The notes under the pieces are model-generated. The model ran no database searches, was not told the DNA's origin, and worked only from the letters and a program-made list of their open reading frames with translations. Shown in pieces: positions 7,597 through 18,360 of a stretch of DNA of 64,000 bases; within the stretch, counting starts at the first letter, position 1; the number at the start of each line of letters is the position of its first letter. The translations under genes were made by a program, and so were the position numbers. Source of the stretch: a virus; the IMG/VR virus record IMGVR_UViG_3300032267_001484; one strand, written 5' to 3'.

Positions 7597-8136
7597 TTAT
7601 AAACTCTCTAATTTCTCATCAACAATACCACAATTAACAGCATCATCTACACCAAAATACCACTCAGATTGCATAATTTTAATATTATTTAATGTTTCCT
7701 GAGTAAGTTTTGTTTTTGATATTAAGTATTCATCACATATCTTATCAATGCGTTCTACTTCTTTTAATTCTTGTCTATGATGTTGTACTTTACCTTCAAT
7801 AGGATATGCCGCTTCATGATACATAAATGTAGCATTTCTACTTGCATAGCGCTCATGCCCAGCCGCGTACACTATCAAACCCATGGACATTGCTGTTCCA
7901 TAGCAAATAGTAAATATTGGAGTTCGCGAATTATCAATTGTATCTATTAAGGCAAGCCCACTATATACCTCTCCCCCAAATGAGTTGATTATTAGTTTTA
8001 TTGGTTCTACTTGCGTTTTTTTAATATCCTCTTCATTAATCTCATAAATAAGGCCTATAATATCGTTAACATTTTCTTGAGTTATTTCTCCTAATGTTAT
8101 TATTCTATTAAGTTTAACCTTATCCTGCTTCGCCAT
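7597..8136 (-). CDS. clpP: ClpP-family protease
   Basis: INSFGGEV, GTAMSMG (catalytic Ser), FMYHE (His); start reassigned to MAKQDK. Confidence 0.88.
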   Translation of the reverse strand: MAKQDKVKLNRIITLGEITQENVNDIIGLIYEINEEDIKKTQVEPIKLIINSFGGEVYSGLALIDTIDNSRTPIFTICYGTAMSMGLIVYAAGHERYASRNATFMYHEAAYPIEGKVQHHRQELKEVERIDKICDEYLISKTKLTQETLNNIKIMQSEWYFGVDDAVNCGIVDEKLESL

Positions 8137-8160
8137 ATTTTTAGGATTTCGCATAAATAT

Positions 8161-9351
8161 TTAATTTAGGAGCTGAGATTGGTAGTAGGGGTTATTATTT
8201 TCAATTAGGTGTTTTTCTAGACGATCCATATTAAATACATCTAATTTAAATATATCTAATTCAAATGTACCTAATCCTCCAGATTCAGCTATAATTTGGG
8301 GGAGCTGCTGTAATAATTGAAAATTATTTTGATTTAATTGTGAAGCATCAAATTCAATTAATATTTGATTTGTTTTAGGATCATTTATATTTTTAATTCT
8401 GTTACTTAAATCAAATCTAGTATTTGGTTGTTCTGCATTAATATAGTCTTGATAAGGACAATCAACATAAATAGTTGATGCAAATAGTTCTAATGTAGGG
8501 ATTAATTGGGGGTTGCAATTTTTTATAAGATAACCTATATCATATTTAGGAGAAACAATAGGATCCATCATTGCAGTATGTTGTACTGATGTACCCCATT
8601 TTCTGATAAAATCCTTGGTTGAATTATCCATTTCTTTTTTCCATTGTTCATGGCGTTTTTCATCTCCCTCAAAGCTACCAGCACCCCTACCTGTCAAATG
8701 ATATACTAATGAACTCCATGACTGGATAAATTTAAATCCATCTAATTTCATTCTATTAAATACATCTGAATCTTCTCTACATGAACGCAATATAGAGTCA
8801 TGCCCTCCTATAGATAGAAATTCATCCCTATACATCATCCAAGGAGCAAATATACCTTCTGTTGTTAAAGTTTCATTTAGTTGAGAATCAACATACTTAT
8901 TAAACTCATCCTTTTTAAATTCCTCAGGCCACATTCCAAAATCAATTTGAATTTTTTCTCCGTTATTAGGGTGGATGGGTGGTTCAATACGAGTTGAACA
9001 TACTACTGTTTTATGAAGTAAGTTTTGATAAGCTTTAAAATCAGCATCTTTACCCAACATCATATCAGCATGAAATATCATAAAAACATCAGTTGTTGAT
9101 TTTTCAATACAGTAATCATATGCTTTACCTATCCCAAACAAGTTTTTACCTAAATCAGGATTTACATAATATGTTAAATTATATTGATCTTTAACTTGTT
9201 CTAACCATTCAACTGTTCTATCTTCATCTGAATCTACAAATATGATAATGTCATGGTCTTTTCTAAATGCATTTTCTCTAATAGAGGGAATACATGTTTT
9301 AAGATAACGTAGATTTGTCTTACTAGGTATACAAAATGTTATTTTTTCCAT
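8161..9351 (-). CDS. GT2-family glycosyltransferase
   Basis: ITFCIPS...FVDSDED...FHADM (GT-A fold). Confidence 0.85.
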   Translation of the reverse strand: MEKITFCIPSKTNLRYLKTCIPSIRENAFRKDHDIIIFVDSDEDRTVEWLEQVKDQYNLTYYVNPDLGKNLFGIGKAYDYCIEKSTTDVFMIFHADMMLGKDADFKAYQNLLHKTVVCSTRIEPPIHPNNGEKIQIDFGMWPEEFKKDEFNKYVDSQLNETLTTEGIFAPWMMYRDEFLSIGGHDSILRSCREDSDVFNRMKLDGFKFIQSWSSLVYHLTGRGAGSFEGDEKRHEQWKKEMDNSTKDFIRKWGTSVQHTAMMDPIVSPKYDIGYLIKNCNPQLIPTLELFASTIYVDCPYQDYINAEQPNTRFDLSNRIKNINDPKTNQILIEFDASQLNQNNFQLLQQLPQIIAESGGLGTFELDIFKLDVFNMDRLEKHLIENNNPYYQSQLLN

Positions 9352-9352
9352 A

Positions 9353-9910
9353 TTATATCCAATGAGTAAATTTAATTCCTAATGCTTTAATTTCTTCAAT
9401 TAATTTAAACGTACTATCTTTATTTTCTCCATTTTCTAAAATAGCATATTCATCTTTATGAGAATGAAATTCAACAAATAAATCATTTATATATTCAAGT
9501 GATCCATCTGCTATCATTTTTCTCAACACAGCATATTCAGCACCTTCAATATCTAATTTAGCTACAATAAAATCATCTTTAGAAAAATTTTCTAATACAA
9601 ATGTACTTAAATCTAGACATTCTACATCTATAGAACCATAATAATTATCTCCTATATGTTTTTTATATATAGAAGAAGCATCAGTGTTTGGGTAAGCAAT
9701 ATTAAAAGTTACCACATCATTGTTAATATATATTGCTTTATTAATATAATGGATATTATCATGAGTATTTTGATCAGCATGTTCTTTCCACAAATAAGTA
9801 TTAGGTTCAAAAGAATATATTTCCCAATTCTCATCCATACTATATGCTTCTGCAAATTTATTTAATCCTTCTCCCATATGGGTTCCACAATCTAAAAATA
9901 CTTTTTTCAT
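9353..9910 (-). CDS. FkbM-family methyltransferase
   Basis: FLDCGTHMG, SFEPN, KLDIEGAEY, VEFH. Confidence 0.88.
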   Translation of the reverse strand: MKKVFLDCGTHMGEGLNKFAEAYSMDENWEIYSFEPNTYLWKEHADQNTHDNIHYINKAIYINNDVVTFNIAYPNTDASSIYKKHIGDNYYGSIDVECLDLSTFVLENFSKDDFIVAKLDIEGAEYAVLRKMIADGSLEYINDLFVEFHSHKDEYAILENGENKDSTFKLIEEIKALGIKFTHWI

Positions 9911-10779
9911 ATTCTATTTATAAAATTTTGAATTTCTAATTGTAAGTTGTTTTCAGCTTGTGTTCTGAATTCAACTTGCTTGTCTATTAATGATAAATAA
10001 TTTTTATAAGGATTCCAACGATATTTAAAATTTTCTATAACAATAGTATTTGTTAAAACATATTGTTGGACTGGGTAATTTTTTTGTTTCATCATATTAC
10101 AACAAATCATTACATATAAATCATCGATCCCATAAGGCCCAAAAGAATCAGGCATATCAGTAATTTTAAGTAATTTTGTAGATAATAGATTAAACCATCC
10201 ACCTCCAAATTTAAATTCAGATATAGGAATCAAATTAATTTCATCATTAGAATTAGTTGTTATTACTTTAAAAGGATCATTAGCATAATATGTTTCCATA
10301 TTAGCTGGGGTATTGAGGTAATTTTTATTGGTGATTATATCCCAACTAGAATCCCACATTCTAACAGTTTGTGGAGATATTATATAATATTCATTTTCTA
10401 TTAGCTTAGAAGCTTCAATAATATAACTTAATAATTCAGGCTTAAATATGATATCGCTATCTAGATACAAAATATTATCGGCTGTTGTTAAACGAATTGC
10501 TTCTCTTCGTTTATCATCACATCCTAAACACTTATTATTTTCATCTACTATAAATCTAGTTTCAGCCCAATCCCATAATTTTTCTATTTGATAAAATTTA
10601 TCAATAAAAAATTGTTTTGGAAGTTGTGATTTATCCCAATCAATTAAATTAAGATTTAAAGTAATATCAATTATCACTTTATCATTTATATAATAACTAC
10701 CTAACTTAAATTGTTTTGATTGCCATTCAAACCAATCAATTTCATGAGGTAGTAAATGTATTACTATTTGTGTAACCAT
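9907..10779 (-). CDS. GT-A fold glycosyltransferase
   Basis: ILYLDSDI DxD motif, GGGWF, YGIDD. Confidence 0.7.
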   Translation of the reverse strand: MVTQIVIHLLPHEIDWFEWQSKQFKLGSYYINDKVIIDITLNLNLIDWDKSQLPKQFFIDKFYQIEKLWDWAETRFIVDENNKCLGCDDKRREAIRLTTADNILYLDSDIIFKPELLSYIIEASKLIENEYYIISPQTVRMWDSSWDIITNKNYLNTPANMETYYANDPFKVITTNSNDEINLIPISEFKFGGGWFNLLSTKLLKITDMPDSFGPYGIDDLYVMICCNMMKQKNYPVQQYVLTNTIVIENFKYRWNPYKNYLSLIDKQVEFRTQAENNLQLEIQNFINRI

Positions 10780-11869
10780 TTGTTTCTTTTTTTATAAAAT
10801 TTAAAGCAGATTCAATAACCTGATGCATATCATAATATTTGTATTCTGCAAGTCTCCCTCCAAATATAATATTTTTTTCTTGCACAGCCAACTCTTTATA
10901 TTTTTGATATTTAGTATTATTAGCATCATCATTTACAGGATACATAGGTTCAGTAAAATCTGCTTTATACTCAGTTGGGTATTCATAAGTAATCCAAGTA
11001 TTAGGTTGAGTCCCAAATTCAAAATGTTTATGTTCAATAATTCTTGTATATGGAGTTTCAATATCAGTATAATTCATCATTGCTGTTCCTTGAAAATTAT
11101 CTCCTCTATACAATTCATGTATAAAAGATGTGGTTTTATACTCCAATTCTCCAAATACGTAATTATAAAATTTATCTATAGCTCCTGTATATATAACTTT
11201 TTTTGCCTGTTTATTCCAATGTTCTTTATTTTTTAAATAATCAGTATCTAATTTGATTTCAATTTTATCTAATAATTTTTCAAATATTTGAGTATAACCT
11301 CCTATAGGAATACCTTGATAAGTATCATTAAAGTAGTTATTATCATAAGTAAATCTAACAGGTAAACGTTTAATTATGGAAGCGGGAAGTAATTTAGGAT
11401 CCTTTTTCCACTGTTTAGTAGTATATCCTTTAATTAATTTTTCATAAACATCTCTACCTACTAGTTTTATTGCTTGTTCTTCTAAATTAGTAGGATTTTT
11501 TATTGTGTCACTTTGTTCTGATATTATTTTTTTGGCCTGGTATGGGTATGATATATTCCATAATTTGTTAAAAGTCCACATATTAAAAGGTAAAGAATAT
11601 ATTTCTCCTTTATAATTAGCTACTGGTCTAAAGATAAAATTATTGAATGAGGTGAATTGGTTTATCCATTTCCATACTTCTTCATTTGATGTATGAAATA
11701 TATGGGGACCATACTCATGAATATTAATTGTATCTTTATTAGATGTATAACAATTTCCTCCAATATGGTTTCTCTTTTCTAATACTAGGCATTTATAACC
11801 TTTATCTGTTAATTCTCTAGCACATATTGAACCAAAAAATCCAGAACCAACTATTATATAATCATACAT
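10742..11869 (-). CDS. glf: UDP-galactopyranose mutase
   Basis: IVGSGFFG FAD motif, HEYGPHIFHT, GRLAEYKYYDMHQ. Confidence 0.96.
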   Translation of the reverse strand: MYDYIIVGSGFFGSICARELTDKGYKCLVLEKRNHIGGNCYTSNKDTINIHEYGPHIFHTSNEEVWKWINQFTSFNNFIFRPVANYKGEIYSLPFNMWTFNKLWNISYPYQAKKIISEQSDTIKNPTNLEEQAIKLVGRDVYEKLIKGYTTKQWKKDPKLLPASIIKRLPVRFTYDNNYFNDTYQGIPIGGYTQIFEKLLDKIEIKLDTDYLKNKEHWNKQAKKVIYTGAIDKFYNYVFGELEYKTTSFIHELYRGDNFQGTAMMNYTDIETPYTRIIEHKHFEFGTQPNTWITYEYPTEYKADFTEPMYPVNDDANNTKYQKYKELAVQEKNIIFGGRLAEYKYYDMHQVIESALNFIKKETNGYTNSNTFTTS

Positions 11870-12416
11870 TTAATATTGACTTTAATTTTTCAAAATTAAC
11901 TTTACAATTTAATTGCCAATCATGTTCACTTCCATTATCTGATATCCATTTATATGAAGTAAATGTAATTTGATGGTGGGAACATATCTGGGCAAGAGCA
12001 AATAATTCCATATCAAATATGCTACATTTTTGTAACATTTCTAAATAATGAGGTGAATATTTCTTTTTTTGTAAAGAATCATAAAAATAATCAGTAGTAA
12101 AACATGTTATTTTACTATTAGGATCTATAGTAATATATTTACATGTATTATTAGAAATAGTCCCATATGGATAAAGAGGAGTACAATCTATATCTTGATA
12201 AACAGCCCCTATTTTAACTATAGATCCTGCTTCTAAATTTAATGAACCACAAGAACCTATATTAATTATTTCAGAAAATCCATCATTAATAGCTTTATAA
12301 GCAGCTATAGATGCATTAATTTTTCCAACTCCACTAAAAATAATAGGATAACCAAATATTAAAGATTGATTATTTACTTCTTCAGGAAGAGCTACTATAA
12401 ATACTTTATTACTCAT
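11862..12416 (-). CDS. MTA/SAH nucleosidase-like (PNP/UDP family)
   Basis: SGVGKINAS, INIGSCG, DMELFA, KWISD. Confidence 0.85.
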   Translation of the reverse strand: MSNKVFIVALPEEVNNQSLIFGYPIIFSGVGKINASIAAYKAINDGFSEIINIGSCGSLNLEAGSIVKIGAVYQDIDCTPLYPYGTISNNTCKYITIDPNSKITCFTTDYFYDSLQKKKYSPHYLEMLQKCSIFDMELFALAQICSHHQITFTSYKWISDNGSEHDWQLNCKVNFEKLKSILNV

Positions 12417-13257
12417 TTGCTATTTTATTATACATTTCTAACACATCATACATTTCATCTTTAGGACGTTGAGTACTAAAAAGAAAATGTACAATTAATG
12501 TATCAGGAATAGTACAATTGTGCATATTTAATTCTTTAGGTCCATCTATTGTAAGATAAGCTTCTTCAGCTGTTGGTAATATTCCATGATTCAAAGGAGA
12601 TATTTTTTTCATAAATTCTCCTGTCCAGCATACACAATTTATACTTACTTGAGAATTTAATTTCCATACTATTTTTTCTGGGGTCATTAATTCTTTATAG
12701 GTATTATTTGAATATTTAGATAGAAAGGTATCATGTAAATGTCTAGCAAACTCTACAGAATATAATCCAACTGGATCATATATTCCTTGGCCAAATAATT
12801 CTTCTTCTTGCCTTACTAAACCATACTGGGTAGAAATTAAGCCTCTATCTTGTAAATTTCTAGAATGTTGGGTGCTATTTATAATAAAAGGATAAATTAA
12901 AAAATATTCGGGATTATTAAGTCTAAATTGAACTAGATTTTCAATAGTATTGTCTGCTATAAACACAACATCATCATCAAATCGCACATATACTGTATCT
13001 TCATCTGTTGCTTTAGTCCAAAAAGGAGTTATAGATAAAGTTTGCTCATAAGGCCATTCAGGAAAAATTAAATTAACAAATGGATCATTTGCTGCTAAAT
13101 TTTTTAAATAATCTATATCAGATTGATGAGGTGTATTTACCCAAATATCCCACCTATCTAAAATATGTTTATTTTTACAAATGTATCTATATAAAATTTC
13201 TAAATATCTTTGTCTACCAGCTGGTGTTACAGCTACTACTTTGTAATTATTTTTCAT
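12409..13257 (-). CDS. GT-A fold glycosyltransferase-like protein
   Basis: VTPAGR..YL, YVRFDDDVVF. Confidence 0.7.
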   Translation of the reverse strand: MKNNYKVVAVTPAGRQRYLEILYRYICKNKHILDRWDIWVNTPHQSDIDYLKNLAANDPFVNLIFPEWPYEQTLSITPFWTKATDEDTVYVRFDDDVVFIADNTIENLVQFRLNNPEYFLIYPFIINSTQHSRNLQDRGLISTQYGLVRQEEELFGQGIYDPVGLYSVEFARHLHDTFLSKYSNNTYKELMTPEKIVWKLNSQVSINCVCWTGEFMKKISPLNHGILPTAEEAYLTIDGPKELNMHNCTIPDTLIVHFLFSTQRPKDEMYDVLEMYNKIANE

Positions 13258-13260
13258 TTT

Positions 13261-14217
13261 TTATTTTGGTTTAATTGTTGCTACATCAGGGAAAGGAGAA
13301 TATTTTTGTATTGCTTTATTATTATAAAAATCATTTTTAATGCAATATTCCTTAAATTCTTTTATACATTCTTCATAACTAAATAATTTACCATCTCTAT
13401 CCATGTAAGTATAACCAGGATAAATATTATACCCACAAGACCAATATCCATCACTTGTATTATGGCGAAGCATGTATTTAGGAGCTATTATATATTTTAG
13501 TGTTTCACTAGTAAGTGAAGGAAATATAGAAAAACTAGAATTAGATACTATTAAATATTTAGCATTTTTTATTATAGCATAATCTTCACCAATCCCAAAA
13601 TCAAAGATATTATCAGATAATTCAGGAAGAAAATGTTTTATAGTTTGTGGATCTTCTGTTATAACTAAAAAGGTAAAATTTGGATTAATATTTAACATAT
13701 GGTTAATAGCATTAATCCAATAATTTCTAGATAAAAATACAGCTTCGTCTAAATTAGCTCTAATATTTAAAATACATACATCTTCTGAACTAAATCTATA
13801 AGTATCATATTCTGGTTTAATTTTAAGCCATTGCTTAATTTCATCTATTCTATGGTAGAAATAGTCAGATCCTTGCATTATTCCTAAGACATGAGAGTTA
13901 TCAGGGATATTTTTTAATTTTTCATCTATTATGTTAACCCAAGCTCCATAATTAATATCATGGAAACAAGAATTATTAAAATATCTATACTCAACTTCAT
14001 TATAAAAGAGTTCTATTTTACTTTCATCTACTTTTTTACCTAAATCTAAATCTATAAAATATAATCCTTTATCATTATATCTCTTATCTCCCCAGCAGCC
14101 ATGAGGATCATGAATTCCAAAATCAACACCTCTATCAGCAGCTAATGCTCTAGTAGTAACATAACATGCTAACTGATTTCCTAATCCTTGTCCATATAAT
14201 ATTTCGGTTGAAATCAT
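13261..14217 (-). CDS. GT11-like glycosyltransferase
   Basis: GQGLGNQL, LNIR, VSNSSFS. Confidence 0.8.
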   Translation of the reverse strand: MISTEILYGQGLGNQLACYVTTRALAADRGVDFGIHDPHGCWGDKRYNDKGLYFIDLDLGKKVDESKIELFYNEVEYRYFNNSCFHDINYGAWVNIIDEKLKNIPDNSHVLGIMQGSDYFYHRIDEIKQWLKIKPEYDTYRFSSEDVCILNIRANLDEAVFLSRNYWINAINHMLNINPNFTFLVITEDPQTIKHFLPELSDNIFDFGIGEDYAIIKNAKYLIVSNSSFSIFPSLTSETLKYIIAPKYMLRHNTSDGYWSCGYNIYPGYTYMDRDGKLFSYEECIKEFKEYCIKNDFYNNKAIQKYSPFPDVATIKPK

Positions 14218-15122
14218 TTAACTAAATGTTTATATTTATTTATATTTTCGATTAAGTATTCAGGATGATCATATCCTATTTCTACCTTAACCGATTTATC
14301 TCCTCTAAAATCATAGATAACATCATTAGTATCCAACATTTTATCAATACTTTCCAAAATATTATTTCTATTATTTTCTTGATGGCTATAAGATTTTAAC
14401 TTAGTTTTAACTCTATCTATACCTCCCATCCAACTAAAATGCCACCCCCCATTCATTATATCATTGTTTGCTTGGGCTCGTAATTCATTAAGAGAATAAG
14501 ATTTCATTTTTTCCCAAGTACCCATTCTAGAACCTTTCCAATTAGTGTTTATTTCAGTATTATATGGAGTATTATCAATATGGGAATAATGCACCATGTT
14601 TAAATAATAACAATAATGAGTTTGATTAAATGTATAAAATTCATCTGATTCAAAGAATTCATTTAATCTCAATAATATTTCAGGATTAGGAATTTCATCC
14701 ACATCTGATGATAGTAATATATCTTCACTATTAGCGTTAACCATTCCTAATTTAACACATTCTTTCTGGAAGAAATCTCTACCAAATCCCCTTTGATTAG
14801 GATCAAATCTGTTAAAAAGTTTAGTTTTACTAATGTCACTGTATATATTGGTAAAACATTGCTCTTTAAAATTAGTAGGAGTAATTTGAGGTATATTTTC
14901 AAAATTATCAGGAATATAATCTAATTTAATATGAATAATTTTATTAAGAAATTTAGAAAATTTTTCTTTATTTTCTTCAAAATAAAAAGGTTTAGGATTA
15001 CCTTGGTGAGTAACGGGGGCTTCAACTAGTATAAAATAATCTACTACGTCATTTAAAACATTTAATCTAATTTCTAATAAATCTAATTCATTAAAAAATA
15101 AAAATCCATCATATATTTTCAT
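14214..15122 (-). CDS. GT17-family (MGAT3-like) glycosyltransferase
   Basis: FFNELDLLEIRL, SDVDEIP, GGWHFSW, KLKSYSHQE. Confidence 0.87.
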   Translation of the reverse strand: MKIYDGFLFFNELDLLEIRLNVLNDVVDYFILVEAPVTHQGNPKPFYFEENKEKFSKFLNKIIHIKLDYIPDNFENIPQITPTNFKEQCFTNIYSDISKTKLFNRFDPNQRGFGRDFFQKECVKLGMVNANSEDILLSSDVDEIPNPEILLRLNEFFESDEFYTFNQTHYCYYLNMVHYSHIDNTPYNTEINTNWKGSRMGTWEKMKSYSLNELRAQANNDIMNGGWHFSWMGGIDRVKTKLKSYSHQENNRNNILESIDKMLDTNDVIYDFRGDKSVKVEIGYDHPEYLIENINKYKHLVK

Positions 15123-15126
15123 ATAC

Positions 15127-15888
15127 TTATTTTTTTGTAAAGTAATAATCATTAATTCCTCCTACACCTTCATTATCAATATTAAATAGAGATGAGGCTA
15201 TATTGAAAAATTCATAGTTAATTCTATTATAGCTAAAATAAGCTAATGTTGAATTTTTTACAATCTTATCAAAATAATTTAGTTGTGTTTCAGTATTACA
15301 TTCGGATATAGCTGCACAGCTTATACATAGATCTACATTAGAAATTTCTGTTAATTCATTACATGGAATAAAAGTAACTTTTTTATATATTTCAGGAAAA
15401 TGACTTAAATATTTTTTATTTAACTCAACCACTTCAGGCAAATCTACTATTACATACTCTTCATATTCACATAAAGAATCCATCATTATACATAAAGCTC
15501 CATACCCAGTTCCTATTTCTACAATTTTATTAAATTTGTTAGTTTTAAATTTATTTATAACATTTAGACCTTGCCAAACATATAAAAAAGTAAAAGGACA
15601 TACATCCCCATATTCTCCATAATTCCTAATTATAGGACCACCATATATATCATTTCTTTTAAATAAAGATAGTTTTTCTTTTAATAAATCACTTCCATGT
15701 TTATCTAATATCATTCTAAGCCATAATTCACCACAATTAGCATCTCCTTCCAAAATACCCCCAGCACTTCCTAATTTTTGTCTAAATGTTTCAAATTCTT
15801 GCTCATTATTTACAAATAATCTGATAGCGCTTATATAGTTGTCTGCTATATTGCTTTTTATATAATCCCACCCATATGATTGTTCCAT
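15127..15888 (-). CDS. putative sugar O-methyltransferase
   Basis: VEIGTGYG, IVDLPEV, AISE. Confidence 0.75.
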   Translation of the reverse strand: MEQSYGWDYIKSNIADNYISAIRLFVNNEQEFETFRQKLGSAGGILEGDANCGELWLRMILDKHGSDLLKEKLSLFKRNDIYGGPIIRNYGEYGDVCPFTFLYVWQGLNVINKFKTNKFNKIVEIGTGYGALCIMMDSLCEYEEYVIVDLPEVVELNKKYLSHFPEIYKKVTFIPCNELTEISNVDLCISCAAISECNTETQLNYFDKIVKNSTLAYFSYNRINYEFFNIASSLFNIDNEGVGGINDYYFTKK

Positions 15889-16583
15889 TATTTATATTTT
15901 TGTATAATGTATTCTAATTCTTTTTTTCTTATATCTTCAGTTGCTAAAGTATTACTTACTTGATTTTTATGTTCTCTATTAACTATAGTAATATAATTAC
16001 AAATACTAGGTAATCCAAACTTATCATATAATCTTTTATAATAGTCTACATCCATCAACCAAAATAAATTTTCATCAAAATATACTATATCTTCATTTTT
16101 AAACATTAATACACTAGGAGAACTAATTGTATTTTCACCATATTGGATATTATCATGGTATTTGGGATAGAAAGGATTATATATATTAATTCCATCTTTA
16201 CTATGGCAACAAGCAGTAATTAACCATGGGTTGTGATTACCCAATAAATGAACTAACTGAGTTTCTAGGCTCATGTTATCATATAGATAGTCATCTTGGA
16301 ATAATACTTTTATTACTTCACCATTTGCTTTTTTTAAAGCGTTATTAATATTAAAAGATGAAATTCCTCTATTTTCATTATTATAATAATGTTTAATACT
16401 TAATTTGTTACTCCATTTGTCACATAATTCTTCTATTAATGATGTTTGACTATGATCCGATATAACTACTTCAAAGTTAGAATATGTTTGCTGTGAGAAT
16501 AAATTAAAAGAATGTTCTAGATATTCTACTCCTTTTCCTTTCATTTCATAAGTAGGAATACAAATACTAACTAAAGGATGCAT
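15888..16583 (-). CDS. GT2-family glycosyltransferase
   Basis: VSICIPTY, VVISDHS, LFQDD, LMDVDYY. Confidence 0.87.
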   Translation of the reverse strand: MHPLVSICIPTYEMKGKGVEYLEHSFNLFSQQTYSNFEVVISDHSQTSLIEELCDKWSNKLSIKHYYNNENRGISSFNINNALKKANGEVIKVLFQDDYLYDNMSLETQLVHLLGNHNPWLITACCHSKDGINIYNPFYPKYHDNIQYGENTISSPSVLMFKNEDIVYFDENLFWLMDVDYYKRLYDKFGLPSICNYITIVNREHKNQVSNTLATEDIRKKELEYIIQKYK

Positions 16584-16584
16584 A

Positions 16585-17109
16585 TTAACTATTTTTAGAA
16601 CAAAATAAAACACCCATATGTGGAGCACTTACAAATCCAAATTTTGCTTCTGTATGAATTGTAAATCCCCATTCTTGGATTTTATTAGTAATTTTTTCTA
16701 AAATATCTAAACTATGATATTCAAGACCTAATTCTACTACATTTTTCATATCTTCCTTAGTTAAAGGATAAAAATTTGTTTCATGTCCTTCTATATCACA
16801 TTTAATAACTGATGGGTTATATGTCTCTATTAGTTCTTTTATTGATTCTGGTGAGTCAATATATCTTCCAAAAAATGTGTATTTTTCTGGATTTATATTG
16901 TTGCTGTTAAAATAGTCTATTTCAGATGGAGAGGCATCAATAGCTATAATTTTAGTTGCTCCTTTTTCTCCTAGATATACAGCACTAGATTGATATATGT
17001 CATGTGTATCATGTCGACCACATCCTAGATCCAATAATATTTTTCCTTCTGTATTTAGATAAGGCCAATGATGCTCTGAATTTTCTGATAAAATTGTGTG
17101 TTGGTTCAT
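16585..17109 (-). CDS. class I SAM methyltransferase (FkbM-like)
   Basis: LLDLGCG, KCDIEGHE, LEYH. Confidence 0.75.
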   Translation of the reverse strand: MNQHTILSENSEHHWPYLNTEGKILLDLGCGRHDTHDIYQSSAVYLGEKGATKIIAIDASPSEIDYFNSNNINPEKYTFFGRYIDSPESIKELIETYNPSVIKCDIEGHETNFYPLTKEDMKNVVELGLEYHSLDILEKITNKIQEWGFTIHTEAKFGFVSAPHMGVLFCSKNS

Positions 17110-17112
17110 TTT

Positions 17113-17727
17113 TTATTTAGATTTGAAAACTCCTACTCTTTGGAATTGTGTTATAAATTCTATTTTATTTTCTTCTATAGCTTGATCACAAGCCTGTTTT
17201 ACTCCTGTCCACATCCCACATCCATAATCATGGAAAACTAAATATCCATCTTTTTTAAGTTTAGGTAAATAGGCATTTATATCTCCATAAACCCCCTCAT
17301 ATGAGTGATCAGCATCTATTAATATTATATCAAAAGATTCATTTTCAAAATTATCTACAACATCTAATGTTTTTCCTTTTACATATTTAATTTTACCAGA
17401 GTCTATAAATGGTTTACAGTTTTTTTTAAATTGACCAAAAATATCATTTTTATTTACTTCTTTGTCTTGGTATAATTTTTGATCACTTAAATAAACTGTT
17501 TTTTGTCTTAAATCATTATTTAAGTGTTCATAAGTATCATCCCAAGCATCAACACAAGTAACATTATCAGCAACATCTGCCATTACATAGGCACTTTGCC
17601 CCATTTCTGATCCTAATTCTAGAATGGTTTTATTGTGAGATATGTCATATACAAATTTCAATTCTTCTTTTTCCATTCCTCCAAATCCAAAAGACCACAC
17701 ATATTCTACTAATTCATTTCTTTCCAT
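17113..17727 (-). CDS. Methyltransf_24-type methyltransferase
   Basis: LELGSEMGQS, IDADHSYE, VFHDY. Confidence 0.87.
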   Translation of the reverse strand: MERNELVEYVWSFGFGGMEKEELKFVYDISHNKTILELGSEMGQSAYVMADVADNVTCVDAWDDTYEHLNNDLRQKTVYLSDQKLYQDKEVNKNDIFGQFKKNCKPFIDSGKIKYVKGKTLDVVDNFENESFDIILIDADHSYEGVYGDINAYLPKLKKDGYLVFHDYGCGMWTGVKQACDQAIEENKIEFITQFQRVGVFKSK

Positions 17728-17729
17728 TA

Positions 17730-18359
17730 TTATTTACTTTTTGTTATTAAAAAAAATCCATTTCCATGTTTATATTGGGGTACCCATTTTTCTTTTATAT
17801 TACCAAAATGATAATTAAAATAAGTTAATTCAAACCCTGCTTTTTTAATCTTATTAATCCACCATTCTTCATCTTTTCTAGTTACGTGAGTTTTATCAAT
17901 TTCATATTCTCTGATTCTAAAAGCATCATTATCTCCAAGAGGGATTACAAGTAAAGCCTGATTGCATACTTTAAAAAATTCAGATAGGGTTTCATCTATA
18001 TCTTCTTCAGGGATATGTTCAAGTACATCTTTAGCTATGAGCAAATCTGTTTTTAAACCCATTTTTGATAGGGGTTTATCAAGTAGAAATAATTGATCTT
18101 TTACTTGAGGTAAACAGTTTTGTAAGGCGTACTCACTAATATCTACACCTACTGCTTTTTTTCCAAGAAGAGTTAAGGCATGTACTAGAAATCCTTTTGC
18201 ACATCCAAAATCCAAAACAGAAGTAAATCCTATATTTTCACATATAGTAATAGCTTCGGGTATACTTCTAGTAGGCATCCATTTATAACTTTCATACCCA
18301 CTTATACCTTTTTTAATACCATTTTCGTAATAATCCTGATTAAATTTATTATTTTTCAT
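17730..18359 (-). CDS. class I SAM methyltransferase
   Basis: VLDFGCAKG, GVDISEY, DVLEHI. Confidence 0.87.
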   Translation of the reverse strand: MKNNKFNQDYYENGIKKGISGYESYKWMPTRSIPEAITICENIGFTSVLDFGCAKGFLVHALTLLGKKAVGVDISEYALQNCLPQVKDQLFLLDKPLSKMGLKTDLLIAKDVLEHIPEEDIDETLSEFFKVCNQALLVIPLGDNDAFRIREYEIDKTHVTRKDEEWWINKIKKAGFELTYFNYHFGNIKEKWVPQYKHGNGFFLITKSK

Positions 18360-18360
18360 A